Of a stretch of 64,000 nucleotides of DNA, positions 10,293-19,769 are shown piece by piece. Under the pieces are notes generated by a model. The model saw only the letters and a program-made list of their open reading frames with translations, searched no databases and had not been told where the DNA came from. A program made the position numbers and the translations under genes. Origin of the DNA: a bacterium. GTDB taxonomy: Bacteria > Patescibacteriota > Patescibacteriia > UBA1558 > UBA10009. The stretch's first letter is position 1; each line of letters begins with the position of its first letter. Location: the NCBI GenBank assembly GCA_018672055.1, contig JABHGM010000001.1, forward strand, positions 136,884 through 200,883, written 5' to 3'.

Positions 10293-10850
10293 ATGAAAAA
10301 AATACATAAAAACTATAGGAAAATAGCTAAAAAAGCCACATTATTTATTAATAAATATTGGCCTATCTTTATGCTTGTTTTCATGCTTAATTTCTGTTTA
10401 CCTCATTTAGCTTTAGCTAAAAATATTGAAGTAATGCCTATATCTCAATTACCTCTTGAAGCTGGCAGAACTGAAGTAATTAAAAAAATTCCAACATTAC
10501 CAGGATTACCTATAATTGAAATAAAAGATCCACGTTGGACAGTAAATATTGCAGTTTCTGCATATAATTCATTACCTGGTCAAACTGACTCCACTCCATG
10601 TATTACTGCATCTAATCTTGATGTTTGTGAAAGATTTGAAAAATTAGGTGAAGAAGATGTTATTGCTACTAATTTCTGGAGATTACCCTTTGGAACTAAA
10701 GTAAGATTTCCTGACTTATTCGGTGATAAAATATTTACCATTGAAGATAGAATGAATCGTAGATATAATCAAACAGCAGATATCTGGATGGAAGAGTATT
10801 CTGATGCTAAGAAATTTGGTCGTAAATGGACTCAAATGGAAATACTATAA
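10293..10850 (+). CDS. secreted 3D-domain (MltA/RlpA-like double-psi beta-barrel) protein
   Basis: Signal/TM segment, then SAYNSLPGQTDSTPCITASN, LPFGTKVRF and FTIEDRM spaced as in 3D domains. Confidence 0.45.
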   Translation: MKKIHKNYRKIAKKATLFINKYWPIFMLVFMLNFCLPHLALAKNIEVMPISQLPLEAGRTEVIKKIPTLPGLPIIEIKDPRWTVNIAVSAYNSLPGQTDSTPCITASNLDVCERFEKLGEEDVIATNFWRLPFGTKVRFPDLFGDKIFTIEDRMNRRYNQTADIWMEEYSDAKKFGRKWTQMEIL

Positions 10851-10872
10851 TTTAAATATATTAAATAATAAA

Positions 10873-10902
10873 AAACTCTTAAATAATTTAAGAGTTTTTT
10901 AT
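10873..10902 (+). terminator. rho-independent terminator
   Basis: AACTCTTAAAT...ATTTAAGAGTT followed by TTTTT. Confidence 0.5.
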
Positions 10903-10903
10903 T

Positions 10904-10978
10904 TGGAGGCCTGGACTGGGATCGAACCAGCGAATGGCGGTTTTGCAAACCGATGCCTTACCACTTGGCTACCAGGCC
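10904..10978 (-). tRNA. tRNA-Cys (GCA), CCA encoded
   Basis: The minus strand reads GGCCTGGTAGCCAAGTGGTAAGGCATCGGTTTGCAAAACCG...GGTTCGATCCCAGTCCAGGCCTCCA. The anticodon loop is TTGCAAA. Confidence 0.85.
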
Positions 10979-11068
10979 GTTAATCTACACTTATATATAT
11001 CAAATATATGGATAAAAATCAAGATATAAAAAAGGAGCAGAACGAGCCACTCCTTTAAATTTTTTCAA

Positions 11069-11440
11069 TTAACATAGAAATATAATTTCAATGAGGCTTA
11101 CATTTATACCAAACTTCTCAATAAATCTAGAAAAACTTTCTTTTAGTCCCTTGTCAAACTGTAGTTTCTCTTTCTCGGTTATATTATTATTAATTATTAT
11201 TGTGAATTTCATTTTGCCATGTTTGGTTTTACTCATAACTTCAATATTTATTGACTCTCTAGAATAATTTATCTCAGCAGATGGCAATTCTTCAAATTCA
11301 TCCGTAAATTCATCTAGGTAAAGTGGGCAACGCCTAACAGCTTGAATTAATTCATTATTTAAATCTTTCTTAAACGTTTCATCAACAATACTACCTGAAC
11401 TTGATGGCATACCATGTATATGTATTTCGAAACTTCTCAT
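11069..11440 (-). CDS. hypothetical protein
   Basis: ORF with no recognisable motifs. Its likely start is MRSFEIH, preceded by AGAGGAAA, rather than the upstream Met at 11470 given in the ORF track. Confidence 0.35.
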   Translation of the reverse strand: MRSFEIHIHGMPSSSGSIVDETFKKDLNNELIQAVRRCPLYLDEFTDEFEELPSAEINYSRESINIEVMSKTKHGKMKFTIIINNNITEKEKLQFDKGLKESFSRFIEKFGINVSLIEIIFLC

Positions 11441-11547
11441 TTCTATTTCCTCTTTTTTATTAAATAACAATAATATAGTAAATTACCATATAATAACTAT
11501 TGTGTCAATACTTAGCTAAAATCAATAAAAAATGATAAAATGGGCGT

Positions 11548-12039
11548 ATGAAACAAGCCTTACTTATAGTTGATGTACAGAATTATTTCATCAATAAATA
11601 TACTCAAAAAATACCTAATTTAATTAAAACACTAATTGAAGAAAATAGCTTTAAAACTATTATTTTTTCGCAATTCATAAATACTCCAGATAGTTTATTT
11701 GTTACTGAACAAGACTTTACTGGTTGTCTAAAATCTCCATATATTGATATTGTTGACGAGTTAAAACCATGGTTAAAAAAAGATAATCTATTTACTAAAT
11801 GTGCCTACTCTGTATTTACAAATCCTAAATTTAATAAATATTTAAAAAAGAATAAAATAGAAGAATTAGTTATTGTAGGACTAGATACAGATTTTTGTGT
11901 TTTAGCTGACTGCTTTAATGCTTTTGACAAGGGATATAAAATAAGTGTTGTTTCTAATTGTACTGCTAGCTATACTTCTGGATCAGAAGGCACTAAACAT
12001 GCTTTAAATATAATAAAAGATATTGGTAAAATAATATAA
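11548..12039 (+). CDS. isochorismatase-family cysteine hydrolase
   Basis: ALLIVDVQNYF, then VIVGLDTDFCV with the catalytic Cys in context. Confidence 0.6.
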   Translation: MKQALLIVDVQNYFINKYTQKIPNLIKTLIEENSFKTIIFSQFINTPDSLFVTEQDFTGCLKSPYIDIVDELKPWLKKDNLFTKCAYSVFTNPKFNKYLKKNKIEELVIVGLDTDFCVLADCFNAFDKGYKISVVSNCTASYTSGSEGTKHALNIIKDIGKII

Positions 12040-14783
12040 TGCCTAAAAAAGAAAAATTTATTATCATCGATGGTAACGCTCTTCTGCATAGAGCCTTCCA
12101 TGCCCTACCTCCAATGACTACGTCTGACGGAACGTTAGTTAATGCTGTTTACGGCTTTACTTCAATTCTTTTAAAAATTATTAAAGAGTTAAAACCTGAT
12201 TATTTATGTGCTTCTTTTGATAGAAAAGGTACTACTCTTCGAGCTCAAGAATTTAAAGAGTATAAGGCGCAACGTAAAAAACAACCTGATGAATTATATG
12301 CTCAAATACCTTTAATAGAAAATGTCTTAGAAGCTTTTAATATACCTGTAGTTGATTCTGAGAAAGCCGGCTATGAAGCAGATGATGTTATTGGTAGTGT
12401 AGTTACCGAATTAAAAGGTAAAAATATTTTAAGTACTATTGTTACTGGAGATTTAGATGCTTTACAACTAGTAGACAAACAAACAGAAGTCTTTACTTTA
12501 AGAAAAGGTATTTCCGATACTATTACCTATGATCCTAGTACAGTTTTTGAAAGATATTCCTTAAAACCAGATCAATTAATTGATTACAAGGCGCTACGAG
12601 GTGATCCTTCAGATAATATACCTGGAGTTCGTGGTATTGGTGAAAAGACTGCTACCGGGCTAATTAAAGCCTTTAAAACACTAGATAAGCTATATGAAGG
12701 CATTGATAAAGATGATAAGAAGTTAGGTGAATTTAAAGAGCGTATTATTAATCTACTTAAAGATAATAAGAAAGAAGCGTATTTAAGCAAAAAACTAGTT
12801 ACCATTGAAACTAATTTACCAACTAATTTTAAACTTAAAGATACAGCTCTAAATGGATTTGATACAAAAAAAATTATTAAATTATTTAGTAAATTAGAAT
12901 TTAATAGTTTACTCACTAAGATTCCTCAAAGTATGACTGGTCAGATTAATTTAGCACATAAACAGAATCAAATGGAATTCGCTAAAATTGAAACTCAAAC
13001 TAAAGATACAAAATTAAAATATACTCTAATTGATACTGATCAAAAATTTAAAGACTTTTTAAATAAAATAAGTAAAGTAAAAGAATTTGCCGTTGATACT
13101 GAGACTACTTCATTAAATATTTGGCAAGCTAAACTATTAGGTATTAGTTTTTCCTGGAATCATGATGTTGGTTACTATGTAGTAAATAATAAAAAGTATT
13201 TAAAAGACTTAAAACCTATACTAGAAGATCCTCAAATTAAAAAAGTTGGTCATCATTTAAAATATGATTACGGAATTCTCTCAAATTATGATATCTATTT
13301 AAAAGGTATTTCTTTCGATACTCTGCTAGCTGCCTATTTACTAACTTCAGGAAGTCGTAATTTAGATTTAGATAGTTTAGTATTTGCAGAATGTGAACAT
13401 AAAATGCAATCTATTGAAGAATTAATTGGACCAAGAGGTAAAAATCAATTAACTCTAGATAAAATACCTTTAGAAGAAGTGTCTTGGTATGCCTGTGAAG
13501 ATGCTGATTTTACATTAAAGCTATCTACTAAGCTCAAACCAAGAATGGATGATATAGCTGATATGGGTCTTTTAAAAAAATTGGAAATTCCTTTAATTTC
13601 TGTACTTTCTAAAATGGAAAAACAAGGTATTTTAGTAGATAAAACATTTTTAAAAAAATTAGATACTAAATTTACAAATGAATTGAAGAAAATTAAGAAA
13701 AAGATATATAAATTTGCTGGATCTGAATTTAACATTGCTTCTCCCCTTCAATTAAAAGAAATACTATTTGAAAAATTAAATATTTCTTCAGCTGGTTTAA
13801 AAAGAACTAAAACTGGTATTTCAACAGCAGCTGGTGAACTTGAAAAAATGAAAGACAGACACGCCATTATTCCTTTAATATCTCAGTTTAGAGAATATTC
13901 TAAACTACAAAATACATATACTCGTTCCCTGCAAGATGATTTAGATAAGAATAATAGGATACATACTACATTTAATCAAACTATTACTGCAACAGGTAGA
14001 TTATCTTCTTCAAAGCCTAATTTACAAAACATTCCAATTAGAACAGAGCTAGGCAGAGAAATAAGGAAAGCTTTTATAGCACCGCCTGGTTTTGAATTAA
14101 TTGCAGCTGATTATTCTCAAATAGAACTTAGAGTTATTGCTTCACTTGCTAATGATAAAAAAATGATTTCATACTTTAAACGTGGTGATGATATTCATAA
14201 AAGAACAGCAGCTAATATAAATAAAAAAGACATGAAAGATGTTACCTTTGAAGAAAGATATGCTGCTAAAGAAATTAACTTTGGCATAATATATGGTTTA
14301 GGTGCCAGAGGTTTAGCTCAAAGAACAGAACTAGATCACAGTGAAGCTAAAGCATATATTGAAGCATATTATAAGTTACATCCAAGTGTTAAAAAATGGC
14401 TTGTTGAAACTAAAGATATTGCTAGTGAACTAGGCTATGTAGAAACATTATTAGGTAGACGTAGATACTTGCCTGATATTAACTCAGGAGTACCTATGAT
14501 ACGAGCATCAGCTGAAAGAATGGCTACTAATGCTCCAATCCAAGGTACGGCAGCTGATCTACTTAAAATGGCTATGATAGAAATAGATAAAGAACTTAAT
14601 GATATTTCAACTAAAACTAATATGTTACTTACAGTACATGATGAAATAGTATTTGAAGTACCTAAAAAAGATACTAAAAAGGTTACTAAGTTTATTAAAA
14701 ATAAAATGGAAAATATATATAAATTAAGAGTACCAATTAAAGTAGATATTCACTCTGGTAAAAATTGGGGGGAATGTAAATAA
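12039..14783 (+). CDS. polA: DNA polymerase I
   Basis: 5'-nuclease N-domain (IIDGNALLHRAFHA, GDPSDNIPGVRGIGEKTA), a 3'-5' exo-like domain, then polymerase motifs RLSSSKPNLQNIP, DYSQIELRV, QGTAADL and VHDEIVFE. Confidence 0.9.
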   Translation: MPKKEKFIIIDGNALLHRAFHALPPMTTSDGTLVNAVYGFTSILLKIIKELKPDYLCASFDRKGTTLRAQEFKEYKAQRKKQPDELYAQIPLIENVLEAFNIPVVDSEKAGYEADDVIGSVVTELKGKNILSTIVTGDLDALQLVDKQTEVFTLRKGISDTITYDPSTVFERYSLKPDQLIDYKALRGDPSDNIPGVRGIGEKTATGLIKAFKTLDKLYEGIDKDDKKLGEFKERIINLLKDNKKEAYLSKKLVTIETNLPTNFKLKDTALNGFDTKKIIKLFSKLEFNSLLTKIPQSMTGQINLAHKQNQMEFAKIETQTKDTKLKYTLIDTDQKFKDFLNKISKVKEFAVDTETTSLNIWQAKLLGISFSWNHDVGYYVVNNKKYLKDLKPILEDPQIKKVGHHLKYDYGILSNYDIYLKGISFDTLLAAYLLTSGSRNLDLDSLVFAECEHKMQSIEELIGPRGKNQLTLDKIPLEEVSWYACEDADFTLKLSTKLKPRMDDIADMGLLKKLEIPLISVLSKMEKQGILVDKTFLKKLDTKFTNELKKIKKKIYKFAGSEFNIASPLQLKEILFEKLNISSAGLKRTKTGISTAAGELEKMKDRHAIIPLISQFREYSKLQNTYTRSLQDDLDKNNRIHTTFNQTITATGRLSSSKPNLQNIPIRTELGREIRKAFIAPPGFELIAADYSQIELRVIASLANDKKMISYFKRGDDIHKRTAANINKKDMKDVTFEERYAAKEINFGIIYGLGARGLAQRTELDHSEAKAYIEAYYKLHPSVKKWLVETKDIASELGYVETLLGRRRYLPDINSGVPMIRASAERMATNAPIQGTAADLLKMAMIEIDKELNDISTKTNMLLTVHDEIVFEVPKKDTKKVTKFIKNKMENIYKLRVPIKVDIHSGKNWGECK

Positions 14784-15241
14784 TGTTTTTAACAGTTCAT
14801 GCTTCAGCTGGAATATATATTGGCACAGTTATAACTAATCCTTGGCTAGCATTTATTCTTGCAATTATTTCTCATTTAATTTTAGATGCAGTGCCACATG
14901 GAGATGAAAATATAGGAAAAGAAACTGATAGAAAGAAAAAAATAATTAAATTAAGTATCATAGCCTTTGTAGATACGCTAGGCGTAGTAATTTTATACTA
15001 CTTCTTAACTTCATACTTTATTACACCATCCCCAGCTATTATATTAGGTATCATTGGTTCAATCATGCCTGATTATCTTTGGGGTGTATATGAATTAACT
15101 AAGAACAAAATATTAGGCTGGATATCAATCCATATATTAAGCTATTTTCATAATATTCTACACACCAGAGTATCACTCCCTGTAGGCATGTTAATCCAAG
15201 CTTTAACTCTATTATTCTTTATCACTCTTGTTATTTTATGA
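14783..15241 (+). CDS. hypothetical membrane protein
   Basis: 152-aa ORF with 4 TM helices, overlapping polA by 1 nt. Confidence 0.4.
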   Translation: MFLTVHASAGIYIGTVITNPWLAFILAIISHLILDAVPHGDENIGKETDRKKKIIKLSIIAFVDTLGVVILYYFLTSYFITPSPAIILGIIGSIMPDYLWGVYELTKNKILGWISIHILSYFHNILHTRVSLPVGMLIQALTLLFFITLVIL

Positions 15242-15813
15242 AAATAAAACGTAGATGCGCTTGGACTAATCAAAAAAATGAACTATATATAAAATACCAT
15301 GATGAAGATTGGGGCGTGCCTATTCATGATGATCAAAAACTTTTTGAAATGATAGTTCTTGAAGGAGCTCAAGCAGGTCTTTCCTGGGAAACAGTTTTGA
15401 AAAAAAGAAAAAATTATAAGAAAGCTTTTAATAATTTTGATCCAAAAAAAGTATCTAAGTATAATGAGAAAAAAATAGAAGAGTTACTACAGAATGAAGG
15501 AATAATTCGAAATCGCTTAAAAATAAGATCAGCTATTCAAAATGCAAAAAGCTTTTTAAAAATTCAAAAAGAATTCAAAAGCTTTAATAAATATATCTGG
15601 AGTTTTGTAGATAATAAGCCAATTAAAAATAAATTTAAATCTTTTTCTGAAATACCAGCAAAAACTGAGCTTTCTGACAAAATATCTAAAGATTTAAAAA
15701 TAAGGGGTATGAATTTTGTTGGCTCAACTATAATTTATGCTTTTATGCAATCTACAGGATTAGTTAATGATCATGAAGTCTCATGCTTTAGATATAAGGA
15801 AGTAAATAAATAA
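15238..15813 (+). CDS. tag: DNA-3-methyladenine glycosylase I
   Basis: RCAWTNQKNELYIKYHDEDWGVPIHDDQKLFEMIVLEGAQAGLSWETVLKKR is the Tag signature, followed by the expected Cys/His zinc-site residues. Confidence 0.85.
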   Translation: MKIKRRCAWTNQKNELYIKYHDEDWGVPIHDDQKLFEMIVLEGAQAGLSWETVLKKRKNYKKAFNNFDPKKVSKYNEKKIEELLQNEGIIRNRLKIRSAIQNAKSFLKIQKEFKSFNKYIWSFVDNKPIKNKFKSFSEIPAKTELSDKISKDLKIRGMNFVGSTIIYAFMQSTGLVNDHEVSCFRYKEVNK

Positions 15814-15870
15814 TAAAAAGTTAAATAAATTGACTTTTATCCTCAATATACTAAACTATTATCACCTATT

Positions 15871-16821
15871 ATGATTTTATTCCTATGGGGTGAAGATAGT
15901 TATAGATCTCACCAAAAGTTAAAAAAAATTAAAGAAAAGTTTCAACAAGAAAGAGATCCCTCTGGTCTTAATATTGTAGTACTTGAAGGAGATAAATTTG
16001 ATTTAGAAAAATTTAATAATGCTGCTGTCCAGCAGGGTTTTATAGTTAGTAAAAGATTAATTATAATCAAAAATCTTTTAATGAATAAACCTAATAAAGA
16101 ACTAGTTGATAGTTTAATAGAAATACTAGATAGAATAAAAGATGGTGATAATGTATTTATCTTCTATGAACAAGGCGCACCTGATAAAAGAAATAAGCTA
16201 TATAAATATTTATCTAAAGATAAAAAATTATCTGAAGAATTTTCTACACTAACACCATTTGAACTTGAGAGTTGGGTAAAAGAATATATTAAAATTAATA
16301 ATGGTAAAGTAGAAAAAAAAGCTATTAATCTTTTAATTAGCTTTGTAGGAAATAATTTATGGCAACTTAGTAATGAGCTTGATAAATTAATATCATTTAA
16401 AAATAAAGGTGTTATTTTAGAAAAAGATATCGAAAACATGGTTCAAGCTAAACTTGATGAAAATATTTTTGGTTTAGTTGATGCTATTTCAAATAATAAT
16501 AAATCTTTGGCTCTAAAATTATTAACTGAACAATTTGAAGTTGGTTTAAATGAAATATATATCTTTTCTATGATAACTAGACAATTTAGAATACTTTCAA
16601 TTCTAGCTTCTTTAAAAAGTCAAAAATTAAGTGAAGTAGAAATAGTTAAATTAACTAAATTACATCCATATGTTGTTAAAAAACTACTTCCTGTTTCTAG
16701 TAAATTTAAATTTCAAAGATTACAAGATATATATAACAAATTAACTGAAATAGATTTGAAACTTAAATCTACTTCACTGCCTCCTCAAACATTAATTGAT
16801 CTATTTATTCAAGAAATATAA
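15871..16821 (+). CDS. holA: DNA polymerase III delta subunit
   Basis: N-terminal LFLWGEDSYR clamp-loader delta motif. The length and helical C-terminal domain fit HolA. Confidence 0.55.
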   Translation: MILFLWGEDSYRSHQKLKKIKEKFQQERDPSGLNIVVLEGDKFDLEKFNNAAVQQGFIVSKRLIIIKNLLMNKPNKELVDSLIEILDRIKDGDNVFIFYEQGAPDKRNKLYKYLSKDKKLSEEFSTLTPFELESWVKEYIKINNGKVEKKAINLLISFVGNNLWQLSNELDKLISFKNKGVILEKDIENMVQAKLDENIFGLVDAISNNNKSLALKLLTEQFEVGLNEIYIFSMITRQFRILSILASLKSQKLSEVEIVKLTKLHPYVVKKLLPVSSKFKFQRLQDIYNKLTEIDLKLKSTSLPPQTLIDLFIQEI

Positions 16822-16822
16822 A

Positions 16823-16848
16823 ATCCCTCATGAATGAGGGATTTAAAT
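16823..16848. terminator. bidirectional terminator between holA and rpsT
   Basis: ATCCCTCA-tgaa-TGAGGGAT flanked by A/T runs on both sides. Confidence 0.5.
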
Positions 16849-16860
16849 TTAATATGTATA

Positions 16861-17130
16861 TTATTTCTTAACTGCTTTTTTTACTTTCTTAGCTAATCTT
16901 GATTTCTTACGATTACCTGTATTTTTCTTAAGCCATCCTGTCTTAACTGCTTTATCTATAGCTTTTTGATATGTAAGAGATATTTTTTTTACTTCATCAA
17001 GTTTAGAATCATCTACAGCTTTAATAGCTTTTTTAAGAAGTTCTTTAATATTTCTCTTTTCATTAGCATTTTTAAGAGCCTTCTTCTTAGAAGACTTTAA
17101 ATCTTTAATTGCTGCTTTTTTTACTGGCAT
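16861..17130 (-). CDS. rpsT: 30S ribosomal protein S20
   Basis: 89-aa lysine-rich helical protein: MPVKKAAIKDLKSSKKKALKNANEKRN...AIDKAVKTGWLKKNTGNRKKSRLAKKV. Confidence 0.7.
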   Translation of the reverse strand: MPVKKAAIKDLKSSKKKALKNANEKRNIKELLKKAIKAVDDSKLDEVKKISLTYQKAIDKAVKTGWLKKNTGNRKKSRLAKKVKKAVKK

Positions 17131-17202
17131 AATTGTTGTTTAATGTTTATACTTAAGTAAGACGATACTAACATATATAATAAATTAAATCAAGGGTCAT
17201 CT

Positions 17203-17667
17203 ATGAATATTAAAAATTGGTTTAAATCTAAGCCAATGTGGTTAAAAAGCGCATTAATAACTTATAGTTTAAATATTATACCGGCTTTGCTTTTTCTATA
17301 TTACATATACTTAGATACTAACGGCTTTGATGCACTCGGTATGTTGATATTATTAATTTGTGGCTTAATCATACTTTTTCCTATTGGGGCAATAATTGGT
17401 ATTTTCATAGACAAAATTAACAAAACCAAGCACCATAAAAACTATAAAATATTATGCTCCTTAATTGCTTCTATTTTATTTTTAGCATTACATTTTTCCA
17501 AGTTAATCATTACTTTGATAACTAATAGACGAAAATTTAATTTTGGATTTAGTTTATATGATTTACGAAGTTTACTTACATTCATAATAACTGGATTGAT
17601 TATTGGTTATATTATTGATCTTGTAATAAAATGTAAAACAAAATCTAACCAAAAATATGATAGTTAA
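17203..17667 (+). CDS. hypothetical membrane protein
   Basis: 154-aa ORF with 4 TM helices. Confidence 0.4.
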   Translation: MNIKNWFKSKPMWLKSALITYSLNIIPALLFLYYIYLDTNGFDALGMLILLICGLIILFPIGAIIGIFIDKINKTKHHKNYKILCSLIASILFLALHFSKLIITLITNRRKFNFGFSLYDLRSLLTFIITGLIIGYIIDLVIKCKTKSNQKYDS

Positions 17668-17902
17668 ATATATCTCTTACAATAAACAGCTTAAAATAGC
17701 AGAAGACCTATATAGTATGTCAGATTCTATTGAAGCAGCTAAACGTTTAGAAAAAGACTATAATATTACTATAAAATATGGTAAATCAGTTAAACTAAGA
17801 CCATTTGCTAGAAAATTAAATAAAACTAGATTTTTTAATCATAAAATAGAAAAATCTATTTTAAAACATACGGGTAATGAAATTGACTTAAATAAATTAT
17901 AG
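17657..17902 (+). CDS. hypothetical small protein
   Basis: 81-aa ORF overlapping the upstream gene by 11 nt. No motifs. Confidence 0.3.
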   Translation: MIVKYISYNKQLKIAEDLYSMSDSIEAAKRLEKDYNITIKYGKSVKLRPFARKLNKTRFFNHKIEKSILKHTGNEIDLNKL

Positions 17903-17903
17903 T

Positions 17904-18395
17904 ATGGATCAAGAACAAAATAATCCTAGAAAATCAGCTGCAGATGATATTAATATTGATCAAATCGGTCAAGGTAATCTATATTCCAAAGGTGCTTCAA
18001 GTGGCGGGTCAGGTAATAAAGGCTGGGGTCTTAAAGGTCAATTATCTCAATATAGAAAAAGAGGCGGGAGAACAGAAACTAAGAATCTATCAAAACAGAA
18101 TCTTGATGATATGGAAAATTTGATTTCTAGTCGTATAAAAGGTAATTCTAGTAGATCTTCAGCTATTGTGTCTAGACAGGATAGTCTAAATATAATGAAA
18201 AAAGCTGAAGAGCTAGTTAAGACTGAGGGTAGTAATTTTACTAGGCAGGATAAAGAAGATTTAAAAAATGTTGTCAGTACTATGCGAATTAAAAGTCGTC
18301 AAGCACTTAGATCTAGACCTTTAAACAATACTAATGAATTAAAAAACAGTAGTTCAACTACTGTTAGTGATATTAATGAATTCTTAGTAGATTGA
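17904..18395 (+). CDS. hypothetical Gly/Ser/Arg-rich, probably disordered protein
   Basis: 163-aa ORF starting 2 nt after the previous stop. Low complexity. Confidence 0.35.
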   Translation: MDQEQNNPRKSAADDINIDQIGQGNLYSKGASSGGSGNKGWGLKGQLSQYRKRGGRTETKNLSKQNLDDMENLISSRIKGNSSRSSAIVSRQDSLNIMKKAEELVKTEGSNFTRQDKEDLKNVVSTMRIKSRQALRSRPLNNTNELKNSSSTTVSDINEFLVD

Positions 18396-19514
18396 TTATT
18401 TTGCGCAGTACTCATTTATTACATCTATCCCTTCTAATGGTTTTATCCTATATTTAAAATAATTCTCTTTAGTAATATTATTAATTTTAATTGAATTGCT
18501 AGATTTAAAATCACCAATAGCAATTCTTTTTAATTCTTCAATATAGGCTCCTGTTTTTAACTTTTTACCAATATCATGAGCTAGTGTTCTAATATAGGTG
18601 CCTGTACTACACTTAACTCTTATTTTTAATAAATCATTCTTAAATTCTATTAATTCAATATTATATATTTCTATTGAACTTTTTTTTCTTTTTATTACTT
18701 TACCTTGTCTGGCTAAATCATATAGCTTTTTACCATTTACTTTTTTTGCTGAATACATTGGAGGTGTTTGTTTTTGTTTACCAATAAATTTATTTAAAAC
18801 TTTTTCTAATTTTTCTTTTGAAATATCTACCTCTTTCTCTTTGCTTATAGTACCTGTTCTATCGTAAGTATCAGAAATACCCCCTAATTTAATAGTTGCC
18901 TCATATTCTTTTGGTAATAGATCAAATATACCAACAAGCTTAGTAGCCTTAGAAACAGCACATATTAAAAGACCTGTAGCAAATGGATCTAGAGTACCTG
19001 TATGGCCAATTTGTTTTAAGTCTAAAATAGACCTTAATTTAGAAACAACATCATGTGAAGTCCATTCATCTTCTTTATCAATTAGTAAAAAACCAGCTTG
19101 TTCATCCAAATGTGCTTTTCGTAATTTTCTACCTTTACAATAATCTTCTTTAAAAGGCATTAACTCTTCTATTTTATAATGTAATTTTGAATTTAATCTT
19201 AAATCATACAAGCCTTTAACAAAGAATTGTTGATCATAACCTAAAGCCACTACATCAGGCTCTTCTTCTCTTATAATTTTATATGGATCCTTTAAGTCTC
19301 CTAAGATTACTTTATCAACTATTTTCAAGATTTTTAAATAGCTTAGTCTTTCCTCTTCATTAAAATGCGGTTTAAAACCTTTATGTTTTTCTACGTTCTT
19401 ATCTCTAGCAATTATTACAATTAAAAAATCCCCCAGTTCCTTAGCTTGTCTAATTGCATCAATATGACCTGGATGAAAAAAATCGAAAGTTCCCGTTAAT
19501 ATTACTTTTTTCAT
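18396..19514 (-). CDS. truB: fusion protein: RibL-like HxGH nucleotidyltransferase domain plus tRNA pseudouridine(55) synthase TruB
   Basis: N-terminal ~130 aa (VILTGTFDFFHPGHIDAIRQAKELGDFLIVIIARDKNVEKHKGFKPHFNEEERLSYL...PDVVALGYDQ) carry cytidylyltransferase-superfamily motifs, closest by eye to archaeal FAD synthetase RibL. Residues ~140-372 (LLIDKEDEWTSHDVV...GHTGTLDPFATGLLICAVSKATK...YSAKKVNGKKLYDLAR) carry the TruB catalytic Asp and PUA-less core. Confidence 0.75.
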   Translation of the reverse strand: MKKVILTGTFDFFHPGHIDAIRQAKELGDFLIVIIARDKNVEKHKGFKPHFNEEERLSYLKILKIVDKVILGDLKDPYKIIREEEPDVVALGYDQQFFVKGLYDLRLNSKLHYKIEELMPFKEDYCKGRKLRKAHLDEQAGFLLIDKEDEWTSHDVVSKLRSILDLKQIGHTGTLDPFATGLLICAVSKATKLVGIFDLLPKEYEATIKLGGISDTYDRTGTISKEKEVDISKEKLEKVLNKFIGKQKQTPPMYSAKKVNGKKLYDLARQGKVIKRKKSSIEIYNIELIEFKNDLLKIRVKCSTGTYIRTLAHDIGKKLKTGAYIEELKRIAIGDFKSSNSIKINNITKENYFKYRIKPLEGIDVINEYCAK

Positions 19515-19574
19515 ATATTTCTATTGTATCTTACTTACTAAAATTAACAAGTATTAAATCTAAAATACTACAAA

Positions 19575-19603
19575 TTGACAAAAATCGATAGATATGTTAC
19601 AAT
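19575..19603 (+). promoter_or_regulatory. sigma70-like promoter with an extended -10
   Basis: TTGACA (19575-19580), a 17-nt spacer, TGnTACAAT (19595-19603). It sits about 165 nt upstream of the 19770 CDS. Confidence 0.4.
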
Positions 19604-19769
19604 ATATAATTATTTTACCTCTGTTATTATAATGTAAATAGCATATAACCTCTATTTATATGTTGTAAAATAATGTGAAAGATTATTAACAAAGATATTT
19701 AATCTAGGCTGATTTAAACAAATCGTAGATTAAAATGTCGCTCATTGATAAACAAAGAAAGGAAAGATC

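Noticed and set aside
12584-13735. Minus-strand ORFs 12584-12916 and 13445-13735
   Set aside because: They are embedded antisense within polA and have no independent support.
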